Under the pieces are notes generated by a model, which worked only from the letters and a program-made list of their open reading frames with translations, was not told where the DNA came from and searched no databases. Below are positions 13,251 through 26,352 of a stretch of 64,000 bases of DNA, piece after piece. A program made the position numbers and the translations under genes. Source of the stretch: Octopus vulgaris (Eukaryota); assembly GCA_951406725.2 (NCBI GenBank), contig OX597817.1:131936001-132000000 (forward strand). The letters run 5' to 3'. How positions within the stretch are numbered: position 1 is the first letter of the stretch; the number at the start of each line of letters is the position of its first letter.

Positions 13251-13765
13251 TACGATAGTTTGACCAAAAGAACCAGATACTGAAGTACTGTTTACTCCGC
13301 AGGTTGTGAAATTTCTGTTTTCGTGATCACGTGTACGCTATAGCATATGCGATTTTTGTCATGGATGGGCAGTTGGAACAAAGATCCAACGTGAAATTTT
13401 GGGTTAAACGTGGAAATTCTGGTACAGAGACAGGGAACATGCTTCAAAGACGAAGCAGCAATCGTCACCATGAATGATTCCTTCATCGCCACGACCGAAG
13501 AAGGCAACACAGAGCCGCAGCTCAGTCAAGAACATGTTCATCGTTTTTTTTTCCGACATAAGCGGTATTCTGCATCGACAATGTATCCCCAGGGCCATAC
13601 TGTCAATCGCGATTTCTACTGCGAGATTTCGAAGAGTCTGCGGTGTGGGGGATGGACATTCGGCGAAAGTAACCGGATCTATGGAGCGCGAAGAAGTGGA
13701 TTCTTCACGACGACAATGCACCCTATAATTGTGCTCTCTTCACTCGTACGTTTGTCGCCAAAAAC
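13251..13765 (+). pseudogene. Mariner transposon relic (internally deleted, frameshifted transposase)
   Basis: Fragments MGQLEQRSNVKF, SSPRPKKATQSRSSVKNMFIVFF, PQGHTVNRDFYCEI and DLWSAKKWILHDDNAP match mariner transposase motifs (PRPKK, K.M..VF.D, HDNAP). Degenerate TIR-like TACGATAGTTTGACCAAAAG at 13251. Confidence 0.85.
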
Positions 13766-14189
13766 AATATATATGTGTGTGTGTGTGTGTATAAAGAAAT
13801 TAGAAAATGAAGAAGTACTGATTTGCAACAACTGACTTATTACAATAATTATTTGTTAATTCAATGCAAATAGACTCATCCCATTTAACAGCTGTTTCTG
13901 CTTCCAATGTTATATGGTATTGCCATTGATGCTCAACATATGTAAAACTATTAATTATATTTGGTAATAAAACTGATCTGAAACAAGGAGCTTCATCAGA
14001 GTGAAGAAAAAATAGAGAAAAGCATAGAGAAGAAAAAGGGTAATGTTGAATATGGTTGTAACCATACCATAACCTATGGACAACATATGTTTGCATATGT
14101 ATGTCCATGGTTAGATATAAGTAACATACCGGTAGTGTAATGGCGACTTTCATCCATTAGACGGCTATTTTAATCTTTAACTCAACTAA

Positions 14190-14242
<53 letters not shown>

Positions 14243-14245
<3 letters not shown>

Positions 14246-14613
14246 AGCCATCAGGCTGCGGCCATACTGTGGCACCACCTTCAAGAATTTTAGTCGAAAG
14301 AATCGACCCAACGACTTATAATCTTTTAAAGCCTGGTATTTATATTTTATCGATCGCTTTTGCCGAACCGTTATGGGGATATAAACACGCAAACACCAGT
14401 TGTCAAGCAGTAGGGTGAGTTAAACATAGATAGAAAGATACACAAACATATATTTAAATGGATATATACATGCGACAAGCTTCTTTCAGTTTCAACTCAC
14501 AAGGTTTTGATCGGTTCGAGGTTATGGAAAAGATACTTACCCAAGGTGCCAAGCACTGACATTGAACCCGGAACCATGTGGTTGAGAAGCAGACCTGTTA
14601 TCACACAGCCACA
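14243..14613 (-). mobile_element. SINE family A
   Basis: Reverse complement of the family A head, core and tail. Confidence 0.8.
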
Positions 14614-14664
14614 CTTAGAAAATATTAGAATATTTTGTATGCACTATTAGAAAAAAAATTAGGT

Positions 14665-15060
14665 GGGCATAGGAGTGGCTGTGTGATAAGTAGCTTGCTT
14701 ACGAACCACATGGTTCCGGGTTCAGTCCCACTGCGTGACACCTTGGGCAAGTGTCTTCTACTATAGTCTCAGACTGACCAAAGCCTTGTGAATGGATTTG
14801 GTAGACGGAAACTGAAAGAAGCCCGTCGTATATATATATGTGTGTGTGTGTGTGTGTATATGTGTCTGTGTTTGCCCCCCACCCTCATCATCGCTTGACA
14901 ACCGATGTTGGTGTGTTTACGTACCCGTGACATAGCGGTTCGGCAAAAGAAACTTATAGAATAAGTACTAGACTTACAAAGAATAGGTCCTGGAGTCGAT
15001 TTGCTCAACTAAATGCGGTGCTCCAGCATGACTGAAACAAGTAAAATAGTAAAGAGAGAG
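14665..15060 (+). mobile_element. SINE family A, near full length
   Basis: Complete head, core and tail, well preserved. Confidence 0.88.
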
Positions 15061-16357
15061 TGATCATGAGTGGAGCGTCTTTGATAAGAAGTGTGTTCTA
15101 TGAGGGTTGAAATCTGGTTCAACAACAATAAGAAGAATCACCATTTCCATTCCATTAACGTTGGTATTTATGTTTCATTGAAACAGTAAAAGATTTATGT
15201 TACATTGTAACGCTAAAACACATATAATCTTGCTTCTTTCCAAAAGCCGATGGTGTCGGAGGAAGTGAAGAAGGCTGCCTGCATACGTTTTAAACTAAAG
15301 TAAATTCTTAAGTTGTTATTCTATAACTTCAAATTCGTACTCGATAACGTTTTTACTCAATAAAATTCTTTCGTCCTGTCCTTTATTACAGTTAGAAAAA
15401 GTATACTTGCATATGTTAAAATGGTTTTTGCAACCGTCAACGGGCATTAATCGAAGTAATTCTAGACAATCTCTTTTTCCCCTCTTCCAAATCAATTTTT
15501 GTTTATCTTTTATTTCACACTATTGAATTTCCCATTTCTCAAGAGAACCTTACCATTATTTAGCTATTCTTTATTTCCTAAATTATTTCTCGCGAAAAAA
15601 ACGCGTTGAATATTTTATATTGCTATTTATTTCTTCTTATACATTTCAATGGATCCATTTTCCAATATTTTTCTGCAACCTGAGATAAACGGCAGATTAA
15701 TAGTAATTTCCAAGTTATTGATTGTTTTCTTTTGTGTTTGTGTGTTTTTTTTCCTCATTTTGTTTGTCAGTATAATTTATTTGTTTATTATGTGTTTATT
15801 TATTCGTTATCAGATTGATAGATTTTCTTTAGTTTTGGAATTATTTAACATTGATAAAAGACTTTTGAATGATAGCAGTAATCTAGATGCGTATTAGTTT
15901 GGTCTGCCGATTCGAAGAAACCTTAATCTCTCTTTCATTGCCAGATCTGATATTTTAGTTTATTTCTCCTGTCTAATTACACATATTAGGATATACGACA
16001 TTTCTTTTTTTTTTTGTTTTGTTTATTGATTACGTTTTATTGATTCGGTGATTGTTAACTTCGATATAGATTTAACGGCATGAACAGTTGAAAGGAAATG
16101 GCTAATCCATGACTGATATCAGCAACTATGTTTATCCCATCATTGAGTCTTAGATTCTTAAAGAAATCTTGCAACATCCTGCGTTAAATGAATTCCTTAT
16201 GAGGCAGAATATATTTCAAAAATAAATAATTTAGAAACGTGCCAAACTTTGGTTTACGTTATAAATTGCTAGAAAATAATGATTCCTCTTTCATAGTTAT
16301 TTCTATATATTCTCAAAATCTTATGAACAATTTCACTTAAAACAATGTTACTAATAC

Positions 16358-16778
16358 TACTCTTTTACTCTTCTACTTGTTTCAGTTATTTGACTGCGGC
16401 TATGCTGGAGCGCCGCCTTTAGTCGAACAAATCAACCCCAGGACTTATTCTTTGTAAGCCTAGTACTTACTCTATAGGTGACTTTTGGCGAACCGCTAAG
16501 TTACGGGGATGTAAACACACCAGCATCGGTTGTCAAGCGATGTGGGGGGTGGGGGTGACAAACACAGACACACAAACATATACACACACATATACATATA
16601 CATATACATATATACGACAGGCTACTTTCAGTTTCCGTCTACCAAATCCACTCACAAAGCTTTGGTCGGTCCGAGGCTATAGTAGAATACACTTGCCCAA
16701 GGTGCCGCGCAGTGGGACTGAACCCGGAACCGTGTGGTTGGTAAGCAAGCTACTTACCACACAGCCACTCCTGCGCCT
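16358..16778 (-). mobile_element. SINE family A, full length
   Basis: Minus strand GGCGCAGGAGTGGCTGTGTGGTAAGTAGCTTGCTTACCAACC through to the GTAAAAGAG tail. Confidence 0.88.
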
Positions 16779-16780
16779 AT

Positions 16781-17720
16781 AAAGGATGAAAGGCAAAGTT
16801 GATCTCGGCAGAATTTGAACTCAGAACGTGAAAACGGACGAAATACCTCTATGCATTTTATCCGGCGTGCTAACGATTCTGACAGCTCGCTGCCTACACA
16901 TAATTATTTCAAATTTTTGCCACAAGGGCAGCCTGGTGGAGTTGGGGATGAGTGAATTATATCGACCCCAGTGTTCAACTGGTATTTATTTTATCGATCT
17001 TGAAATGATGAAAGGTAAAGTCGACCTCTGCGGAATTTGAACGCAGAAGGTAGCGGCAGACGAAATACCTATTTCTTTACTACCCACAAGGGGCTAAACA
17101 CAGAGAGGACAAACAAGGACAGACAAAGGGATTAAGTCGATTACATCGACCCCAGTGCGCAGCTGGTACTTAATTTATCGACCCCGAAAGGATGAAAGGC
17201 AAAGTCGACCTCGGCGGAATTTGAACTCAAAACGTAACGGCAGACGAAATACGGCTACGCATTTCGGCCGGCTTGCTAACGATTCTGCCAGCTCCCTGGC
17301 TTACTAATAAGTCGTCATAATGGTATGAAATTTTGGCCCAAGGCCAGGAATTTCAGGTGAAGCGTAAGTCTATTATATCAACCTCAGTTTCATACTGTTA
17401 CTTAATTTATCAGCATGGAAAGGATGAAAGGCAAAGTCGACCTCGGCGGAATTTGAACTCACAACGCAAAGACAGATGAAATTCTGCTAAGCATTTTGTC
17501 CGGTGTGTTGACGATTCTTTCAGCTCACCGCCTAAGTCACAAGTAATATAAACTAACAACCACTCCTATTAGTCGTTACTTGTTAAAATTCCGCCGAGGT
17601 TGGCTTCACGTTTTATCCTTTCGGGGTCGATAAATTAAGTACTACTTGTTTACTGGGGTCAATCTAATCGACTGCCCCACCCCCACAAAAATTCAAGAAT
17701 TGTACATATAGTAGAAAGGA
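16781..17720 (-). mobile_element. Cluster of family B SINEs (four on -, one on + at about 17585-17720)
   Basis: GATGAAAGG(C/T)AAAGT(C/T)GA...GAATTTGAAC recurs at about 16785, 17005, 17190 and 17425. The reverse-complement copy starts at about 17585. Confidence 0.85.
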
Positions 17721-17880
17721 TAAAACCAGTTTCTAGTAATGTTACTAGTTTTACTACTAATATGAAATGGCAGTATAAAGCCAAAATAGCTGCTGTGGTA
17801 TCTTCTTTTTGCCTGTTTAAGTTATTGGACAGTGGCTATATACATAAATACATACATATATATGTGTGTGTGTGTGTGTG

Positions 17881-17932
<52 letters not shown>

Positions 17933-17989
17933 TATATATGTATATATATATATAGATATATATACGGGTGTGTGTGATTGTGTATAGAA

Positions 17990-19515
17990 GAATATTTTAA
18001 TAAAAGGAATTTCAACCTTGTCTGATATTCACGTTTTATTTACAATCTTATAATGATATAATATAAGATAATATAATAGAATAAAATAAAATAGTAGAAT
18101 GTTAAATGTTCATTCTGATTGAACTAGTACTTTCATGCATTAAATTCTGCAATCTTTACGTTCATGTAGTAGTGGTGACAGTCATGCTTCACAATTTTTG
18201 ACAGTAGCGAGATGGTTAAATCTGTGCCTTAAATACACCTGTGTGGACTCCAGATTGCTAGGTTTTGCAAACTGTATTCTGACCAATCAGTGTGTAGCAT
18301 CACTCAATTACTTAAGCTGATTGGTTGGTTTAGGCGTCACGCTTTGTTGAACATGTCAAGAGTCCTGTATCTTAACCCTGGCCGAGGTAGCAATTGTTGG
18401 GCTATTTTTAGAAATGTTGTAAATAGCCTTTGTCAGGGATTTTTATATTTCAATTGTCATCATCATCATTGTCAGCTCCTTAATTATCGTTGCTAGTGGT
18501 GATGGTGGTGGCAATAGAACTTTTAACCCTAAATAAGATAATTTTCCTGCTATCTTCATCTTGATCACCTTTAGTATTGTTGTTGTTGTTAGTGGTCATG
18601 GTCGTAGCAGTAGAAGTAGCACCTCTAAGTATTATTATTATTGCTTATTTAGCATGGGTTCAAATTTATCAATAAAATTCTTTTCTCTGATTTTCCTCTC
18701 GATTTCACTTGGGCTGTGTAATTTGTAGAATGGAAATATTATATATATTTTCCGACCACATGTTGCTAGGTGGTTACTCAAAGGTATCTGACGGACCTCT
18801 GGGTCTCTAATCTGTTGTCGGTGTCCACGTGAGCGTTCTGATAGTGTATTTCCCGTCTGACCTACATATATTTCTTCACAATTTGGGCATTTGATGCAGT
18901 AAATTAAATTTCTGCTTTTGCAGTTCATATTTGCGTTTGTGAATATTTCCCGGTTTTTGTGTTTATATATTGGCCGGTATGTATGAAATGGCATGTGCTA
19001 CCTCGGCTATCATTGCATTTAGATACAGTGAATGTTTGGTCTTTGTTGCTAAGGTCAAATTTTGCCTTTGTTAGTAATTTTTTCAAGTTTTTAGGCTGTC
19101 TTTTACTAAGAACCATAGCTCGATCCGTGATTATATCTTTTAATTCATTACTTTGAGCAATGAATGGTAGGTTTGCTTTGGAAATGTTGAAGATATTCTG
19201 GTGACATGGGTTGTGTGTCACTATGAATGTTATGACTTGTTCTTGTTTTCCTCTTCCTTGGGTTGTCCTAAGTTGTTGTATGGGTATATTTATAGCCCAC
19301 TGTATGCCATTTTCTATAAGTAGAGATGGGTATTTTTGTTTGAGCAAAAATTCTCTTAGTTCTGTTAGTTCCTGATATTTGCATCTTCTACAATGGTACA
19401 AATTCTTCTGGCTAGGCAGTATGGGATGTTGCATTTTGTATGTGGTGGATGGCACGACTTAAAAATTCAGGTATTGATGTGTGTCTGTGTGTTTATTGTA
19501 TATATCTGTGGTGAT
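17990..19515 (-). mobile_element. 5'-truncated Penelope-like element (RT C-terminus + GIY-YIG endonuclease + 3' pLTR), frameshifted
   Basis: ITTDIYNKHTDTHQYLNFKSCHPPHTKCNIPYCLARRICTIV, then LLKQKYPSLLIENGI...RQPKNLKKLL, then NCKSRNLIYCIKCPNCEEIYVGQTGNTLSER..GHRQQI...HL...RE..FI (GIY-YIG). Degenerate hammerhead at 18121-18163. Confidence 0.93.
18121..18163 (-). ncRNA. Degenerate hammerhead in the PLE 3' region
   Basis: GAAC-GTAAAGA-TTGCAGAATTTAATGCAT-GAAA-GTAC-TA-GTTC. Stems I/II and palindromic stem III are intact, but the core has two changes from CTGAAGA. Confidence 0.55.
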
Positions 19516-19606
19516 GGAAAGTTTACGAAAAAACAACAAAAGACGAAGACAGGTGGTGTACAAAACAAACAGATGTATTAGTATAACGCTCAGGAATAAA
19601 AAAAGT

Positions 19607-19642
19607 CTTTTACGTTTCGAGCCTTTGCTCTTCTACAGAAAG
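19607..19642 (-). ncRNA. Hammerhead-like motif, A6U variant, in short repeat 19516-19703
   Basis: CTTT-CTGTAGA-A-GAGC aaag GCTC-GAAA-CG-TA-AAAG. Confidence 0.6.
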
Positions 19643-19700
19643 GAACACAGAAAAAACATGGAGAGAAAAAAATGTGTGTAGTTGCTAACGATCTATCATG

Positions 19701-19753
<53 letters not shown>

Positions 19754-19850
19754 ATCCAAACATAAAAACACAAAGAGAAAACACAATAACGCGAGGACGA
19801 GGAACAAATATAGTATTATTGGACGCTCAAGAAGGAAGGGAAGAAGGAGG

Positions 19851-19885
19851 GTTTTACGTTTCGTGCGGAGCTCTTCGTCAGAAAC
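19851..19885 (-). ncRNA. Minimal hammerhead with canonical core, in TA-flanked repeat 19750-19950
   Basis: GTTT-CTGACGA-A-GAGC tcc GCAC-GAAA-CG-TA-AAAC, with one mismatch in stem II. Confidence 0.7.
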
Positions 19886-19946
19886 ATAGGAAAAGGAAAG
19901 ATCCAGAGAAGGGAAGACGGAAGAAAAAAATCGCCAACGGTACACA

Positions 19947-20045
<99 letters not shown>

Positions 20046-21693
20046 TTTACTATTCATTTACAAGATTTACAAGAATAGCGTTTGGCCGGCAAAGTTATCA
20101 TCGGATCTTACTGTGCCTAAAAATCATTGAGTAATACTTTTTTTAAATGTAAAACTACTTTTATCATAACATCAACACATACACACACGTGTATATATAT
20201 GATAGTCTTCCGCACAGTTTCTCTCTGTCAAATTCACTAACAAGTCATTAGATGGCACGGGGCTATAGTAGAAGACAACACTCGGCCATGGTGGCACGCG
20301 GTGGAACTGAACGCTATAACACGTCCATTACTTGATCTCCTTCTCAAATAAGTGTGTTCAATACACGTTCTGTCAGGTCAAGAGTAAGTGTTCTTATAAT
20401 ATTACATTTTTGGTAGAGTTAGAAAGAGAGTGCAATAGATAGCTACAATTATTGCCGGACAAAATAAATGGCAATTTTGTGTTAAATCCTTTTACATGTT
20501 TGTTTCAAATCCTGTCTATGTCGCTTTTTATCTGTTTATCTTCTCTGCTCCATAGAATATGTTTCAGCAACATATTGTGAGTCAAGTGAATCAAATTATT
20601 CATCCCCCGATAAATTTCTGGCCATTTGCCAATGTCAGAAGGTATTGTTATTATAAGATGTATATAAATTATAGACGTTAACTAATGATTGTAGAGTCGA
20701 CGTTTTCCTGGCATCAACGTCCTCTAATGCAGATTATTAAAACTTCATAGCATAATAAAAAGAAGCGGGTAATGGATGAAAGTGTAATAATTGTTTGAAT
20801 TGTCTTAGCTCTTATATGTGAAGCGTTTCAAATGTAACACTCTCCCGAATTAATTATAATCTGATATGACATGTTAAAATTCTAAAATTAATAACAGGCA
20901 TCTTACTTGTTTTTCAAGATATCAAGGCTTGCTAATAGGTGTTCAGACCTGACAGAATCGATTTTCCTTGTTGATCTCGTCTCGTCTCTTTGATGATTCA
21001 TGCAGAGAGATGCAGTATTGTAAAATCGCTGACAGCTTATCTCTGTGGCTACGCAGGTACAAATTGACTACCTAGGTGACCTATCATTTTGCTAAATGAA
21101 CAAGTTAATCTATAACTCATTAACACATTCATTATCAATCGATACGTCATTAACAGATACATCAGTCAATTTATAATTAGACAAATAAAGTAAATTATTT
21201 TTAACGGGGAAACTCGAATTAGGTACAGCTATGAAGAATAGCTTGCAGAATACCGGGTTAAATAAAGACCCTTTGATGAAATAAAATTCTAAGGCTGCCT
21301 GTGGAACACGAACTCTTATTATCAGTAAACACGATAGACGTTCTACCTATTGCACTAAAGCAACCCTTCCAGTTGTATGCATCTATTTTAGAAACTTTGT
21401 TCTTTCAAGCGTGTATTATCATTTAATTTGTTCATTTATTAGATTGAAACCATGCTGGAGCACAGGCTTCAAGATTTTCGTCTAACGAATCGACCCTAGT
21501 ACTTATGTTATTTGAAGCCTGCTAATTATATTCTGTCGCTCTCATGTACCGAACTGCTATGAAATAAGAACCTAGAATGACGAGAAATCACGCCAGTGTG
21601 CGTACATGTATGTGTGTATGTGTACATATGCGGATTCTATGACTGAAGTATTACTTTCACCATGCCTATTGGAGTAATTTCCCTTTATTCAAC

Positions 21694-21774
21694 GGTTTTG
21701 TCTTAACAACTGATGAGATGCCTGAGCAGACTTCATCCCCGGTATCCGAAACTCTGAGTTTTATTATGAAAACC
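21694..21774 (+). ncRNA. Type I hammerhead ribozyme motif
   Basis: GGTTTTGTCTTAACAA-CTGATGA-GATGCC...GGTATC-C-GAAA-CTC T GAG-TT-TTATTATGAAAACC: canonical core, 6-bp stem II, ACTC/GAGT stem III, extended imperfect stem I. Confidence 0.72.
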
Positions 21775-21851
21775 AACTAATTGTCACATATTATATCTAT
21801 AAATTGGTCTATTTTACATAATATCTAGTTCTCATTCATTTTTTGTTGTCA

Positions 21852-21931
<80 letters not shown>

Positions 21932-21937
21932 GTGTTC

Positions 21938-21973
21938 CTTTCTGTCGAAGAGCGTAGCCTCGAAACGTAAATG
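21938..21973 (+). ncRNA. Hammerhead-like motif, A6U variant, in short repeat 21930-22062
   Basis: CTTT-CTGTCGA-A-GAGC gtag CCTC-GAAA-CG-TA-AATG. Confidence 0.55.
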
Positions 21974-22057
21974 ACTTTCTCACTTCCTGAGCGGTAAACT
22001 AATACATCTGTTTGTTGTTTACACATCCGTCTTCGTCTTTTGTTTCTTTGTAAATTC

Positions 22058-22116
<59 letters not shown>

Positions 22117-22119
<3 letters not shown>

Positions 22120-22283
22120 ATCTCAAGAGAGTTATGTTTAGCGTTTTGACAGAAAAAAGTTATTCTAAAATTGTTTTTAACGTATGAGTGCCTAAACAAG
22201 TCGAATGCTTACACAGAGCAGGTTTTACAGCCACATCATCACATCATCCAACCTGACCGGGTGAAACCGGGCTTAGCTGCTAG
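22117..22283 (+). mobile_element. Helitron 3' end fragment
   Basis: Subterminal hairpin CCGG-GTGAAA-CCGG followed by GCTTAGCTG-CTAG|T. 5' boundary uncertain. Confidence 0.65.
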
Positions 22284-25200
22284 TATATATTTATATATAT
22301 ATATGTATACATACATACATACACGACAGGTTTCTTTCATTTTCCGATTACCAAATCCACACATATATATTTGGTCGGCCCGTAGTTATAGTAGAAGCCA
22401 GTCTTCCTAAGGTCGCACGCAGTAGAATTGAAACAAGAACAATATGGTTGCAAAGGAAGCTTCTTTCCACACAACCACGCCTTTGCATCATGAACATTTA
22501 GAAACTCCAAGAGATATGAAGTAAATTATTATTTTTCAACGCTGAAACTCAAAGCAGATAGAACCATAAATAATAACGTGTAATAGAATATTTGTTTAAA
22601 ATGCCTTAGATGGTAAAATGTCGACGGCTGCACGTTGAAATACATTCAAATGAAATAAATGAATGATGTGTTGGTGTATAACGAGAAGAATAATTTGAGA
22701 CAAGAATTTCTCGTTCGATCCCTCATCAGAACATACATTGAGATTGAGTGTTCACGTGAAACACAGATATATCAGTTTATGGTTATATTTGGTAATCGAT
22801 TTACGCCGGTACTTATTAGCAACTATCCTTGTGTTACTATATTTATATTGTTGCCTAATTAACAAGTAATAACATTAACGTACCCAGTGATTGGTTCAAT
22901 TGCTATAACTTTCTATTATGAATGACGCATTAAATAATAACAGCTTTCTATCATGTTTCAATGCCACTGAACAGTTCTTAATGAATCGTTAGGTCTCAGG
23001 TTACCAGCCAAAAATAATCTGATTATTGCTATACAGTCATTAGCGAATGTGCCGAGACTTTGTCTAAGTTGCCTCACTCTCCATAATTAAGACTACCTAG
23101 TTATACACAGGCATCTAATCACTGTTAGTAAAGTGATATTGTATGTGTCATGAAATGTTTATACAGCCGAATATGGTTTGTTTACCGTCAGTCTAATTAA
23201 AAGCTACATTCAATCTGCTATTAGTAATTGCTAGTATTTCTACATCGGACGTTCTCTATGTCTAAAATTAGATTTGTTTGCATTTGTGTTGAATGTGCAA
23301 TTCTGGTTTATTGTTAATGTGCATACAAGGTTGTTACATAAATTCGTTTTTTCTTTCATTTATTTTAATCATCCTTTTAACAAATTAGTCAATAATATAT
23401 TCTCCTTCATTTTCCACGACTTCCTGCGTAAGGTCCACGATATTGGAAGTGTTATTATGTACATGTTTTTCCTTGGTATGAAAAGATGGACCACAGCAAA
23501 TACCACGGATTCGCTTGTCAGTTTTTTGATCTTAACCAGTTGAGCATATCCGTTAGTGGCTGACGATACGTGCCTCTCTGATCCCGAGCAGGAATAGTTG
23601 GGGATCATCATTGCCATGTGTTGAGAGGCATTCTTTGGGCTTTGAATAATTCACTCCTAGAAATACGTCTTTGTTCGTAGACACAGTGCATGTTGTTCAT
23701 GGAAATTTCCAAGCTGAAGGAAGTTGAAGAAAATTGGGAAAAACTCCAATGCAAATATCCGTAAGCTATTTTGGTAGAATATCACTGATTTGGAGAGAAA
23801 GAATATAACTGAGTGATTTAATGCCGGAATATTAAAAGTTGCCAATTTTATCATTCATGGATGTGACTAGAAGGTTAGACGAATGTGAACCGGATATTGA
23901 AAATTTAGTTTCCTGCACGAAGAGGACGGTGATAAAAGGTATACTTTAAAATCAGAACTGGAAGAACCGGAGCAGTTATCGAAAGGCAACTTCCATGCTG
24001 ATCTCACGATTGTGTACATTGATTTGGTTGAACTGGTACTTTACTTACTGATCACGGAAAGATAAACAGTAAAATTGATCTTCGTAGGGTTTTGAAATCA
24101 GACAGGAGAAAGCTGGAACAAAATATGGCAAAGTATTTAATGAGATGTTGTAGTACATCATTCAATTGCCGCCATTCTGTCTCTCATAGTTTTAAACGCA
24201 GTATTTATATTTTCAGAAGTAACGGTCAAATTCAGGAGAGCAAAATTGACTCTTCTAAATGTAGAATTTGGGAATACTATTTAGTCACAGTCCAAAATTA
24301 ACCGAACATACATATATGATTCTTGGTTGGCTAGCCTTGATCGGTTTTGGAATATCCAGTATTACATCTTCTAATTTACATTTAAATTATAAGACAACTT
24401 GTAATTTAAAGTAAGTTTATCTGTTATATGTAGCACCTGTTCTCTGTTGCCTTGTGAACGCTGAAGTTCATAATAGATGTATTTAGTATGGTCATGTATC
24501 ACCTCTGTCATTACACGGCTTCTTATACACAATTATCTGCAATTGCGTTTCAATTTATTCAGACTTTATCACGGGAAAGATATATAAGATATGTTAGATT
24601 TAGATGGAGTTCGGAGCGAAGATGGAGAACAACGTGAGATTAGATTTTAGTATGTTTTAATTGATGTCCTTGTATAGGAAGTGGCAAATGCCAAAGTGAG
24701 AATGAATTTTAATTTATAAAGGCCGAAGAGAGATTTGAAGCGATGTTATTGCAGTCGTTTAAACTGTTGTAATATATACTACTAACTTATGGAGATAAGT
24801 AAAAATGAAAAATGACAAAATGTTAGAGTTTATATGCTGAATGAATGTAATTGTATTGTGACGTTTTTACGAAAGGTTTTGAGTCAGGTTACACACGGAT
24901 GATTTAGTCATTGGAGAAGAAATATGAATCTGAGGTCGAAAATACAGGCAAGATAAAGACACATTAAGAAGGGACGAATTAACAGGTTAACAAATGAATT
25001 TTGTGTAAGGGATGTGGTAAAAATGATAACAATTACAGCGTGGATAAAAATAGTCTACTTTCAAAAACACACAAAGACTTCGTTTAAGCATTTATTATTT
25101 GATGTCATAACTTTCGTTGCACTGACTGCGACCAGGACACAGATACTGCTCTGCTGCGACACAATCGTTGTGAATTATTTTTGTAATATGTGTCTTCCAC

Positions 25201-25372
25201 ACCGTAATTATTTTTGGTTTGAATTACCAGTCTCAGATCAGCTTGCTTGCCAGACAATTACGGCTCTGAGATCTGTGAACTAGGTTGAAGAGAGAATTTC
25301 TTAGAAAAGTTTTTGTTAAAAACGTAAATTAATATGGATATTACTTTGGGGTATTATTATTATTATTATTAT

Positions 25373-26156
25373 TCAGTAGTTTTATTTTTATAGCGTGCTT
25401 TCACTTCACTACCGAGCGCAGCTCTGTGTGCCTTGGGTATGTGCTGTGATTTGTTGTGATGCTCTGATGGTTATTGTATGGAAAATGTTCTGCGTAGGAT
25501 GTGTGCAGTGCCTAGTAGTGCAATTTTCTGTTTGTTATATGTGTTTGTAAGTCCTGGTGTTTTTGTTATGTATTTGTCTGAATATTTTTTTATCATGCCT
25601 AATGCACCTACTAGCATAGGAATTGTTTCTGTTTTCAGATTCCACATTCTAGTTACCTCTATTTCCAGGTCTTTGTATTTTGAGAGTTTCTCCATTTCTT
25701 TTAGAGACACGTTGTCATCAGCCGGTATTGATACATCAATTAGAAAGCATTTTTTTCTTCATGATCTCTGACAACTATATCTGGTCTGTTGGCCTTAATT
25801 TCTCTATCTGTGTGTATCGGCATATCCCAGAGTATGGTTGCTTTCTCGTTTTCTGTGACCTTTTCTGGTGTGTGCCTATACCATCTTTTTTCTGTTGTTA
25901 TTCCATAATGTTGGCATAGCTTCCAATGTATGTAGGTTCCAACTCTGTCATGTCTGTGAATATATTCCTTCTTAGCCAGGACTGGGCAGCTAGAGATAAT
26001 ATGATTTATTGTTTCTTGTCCATCTCCACATATTCTGCAGTTACTTGTATATTTTTTTTCATTACATGTTTTTGGTAATTTCTGGTGGGGAGGCTTTGGT
26101 CTTGTGCTGCAATTAAAAATCCCTCTGTCTCTGCTTTGAGTCCTGAGCTTCTCAAC

Positions 26157-26157
<1 letters not shown>
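25373..26157 (-). mobile_element. 3' fragment of an R4/Dong-like non-LTR retrotransposon (CCHC + restriction-like endonuclease)
   Basis: CRICGDGQETINHIISSC...RHDRV...WDMPIHTDREIKANRPDIVV and EKLSKYKDLEIEVTRMWNLKTETIPMLVGALG. 3' UTR ends AATAAAACTACTGAATAATAAT. (TAA)n on both sides. Confidence 0.9.
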
Positions 26158-26254
<97 letters not shown>

Positions 26255-26352
26255 ATAATAATAGTAGTAGTAGTAGTAATAGTAGTAGTAGCAGTAGCAG
26301 CAGCAGCGGTAGTAGTAGTAGTTGTAGTTGTAGTAGTAGTAGTAGTAGTAGT
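26158..26352. repeat. (TTA)n/(TAG)n compound microsatellite
   Basis: Direct observation. Confidence 0.95.

Noticed and set aside
13800-14153. 117-aa minus-strand ORF
   Set aside because: No recognisable motif or exon partner. Probably chance or a TE remnant.
16781-17535. CRISPR-like repeated units
   Set aside because: Eukaryotic SINE copies of irregular length with no cas genes.
23037-23087. Possible missing EGF C1 exon (VISECAE after tatacag)
   Set aside because: No suitable GT donor in phase, and an in-frame stop follows.
23369-23660. Protein-like minus-strand fragments
   Set aside because: Stops break the protein-like frames and no family was recognised.
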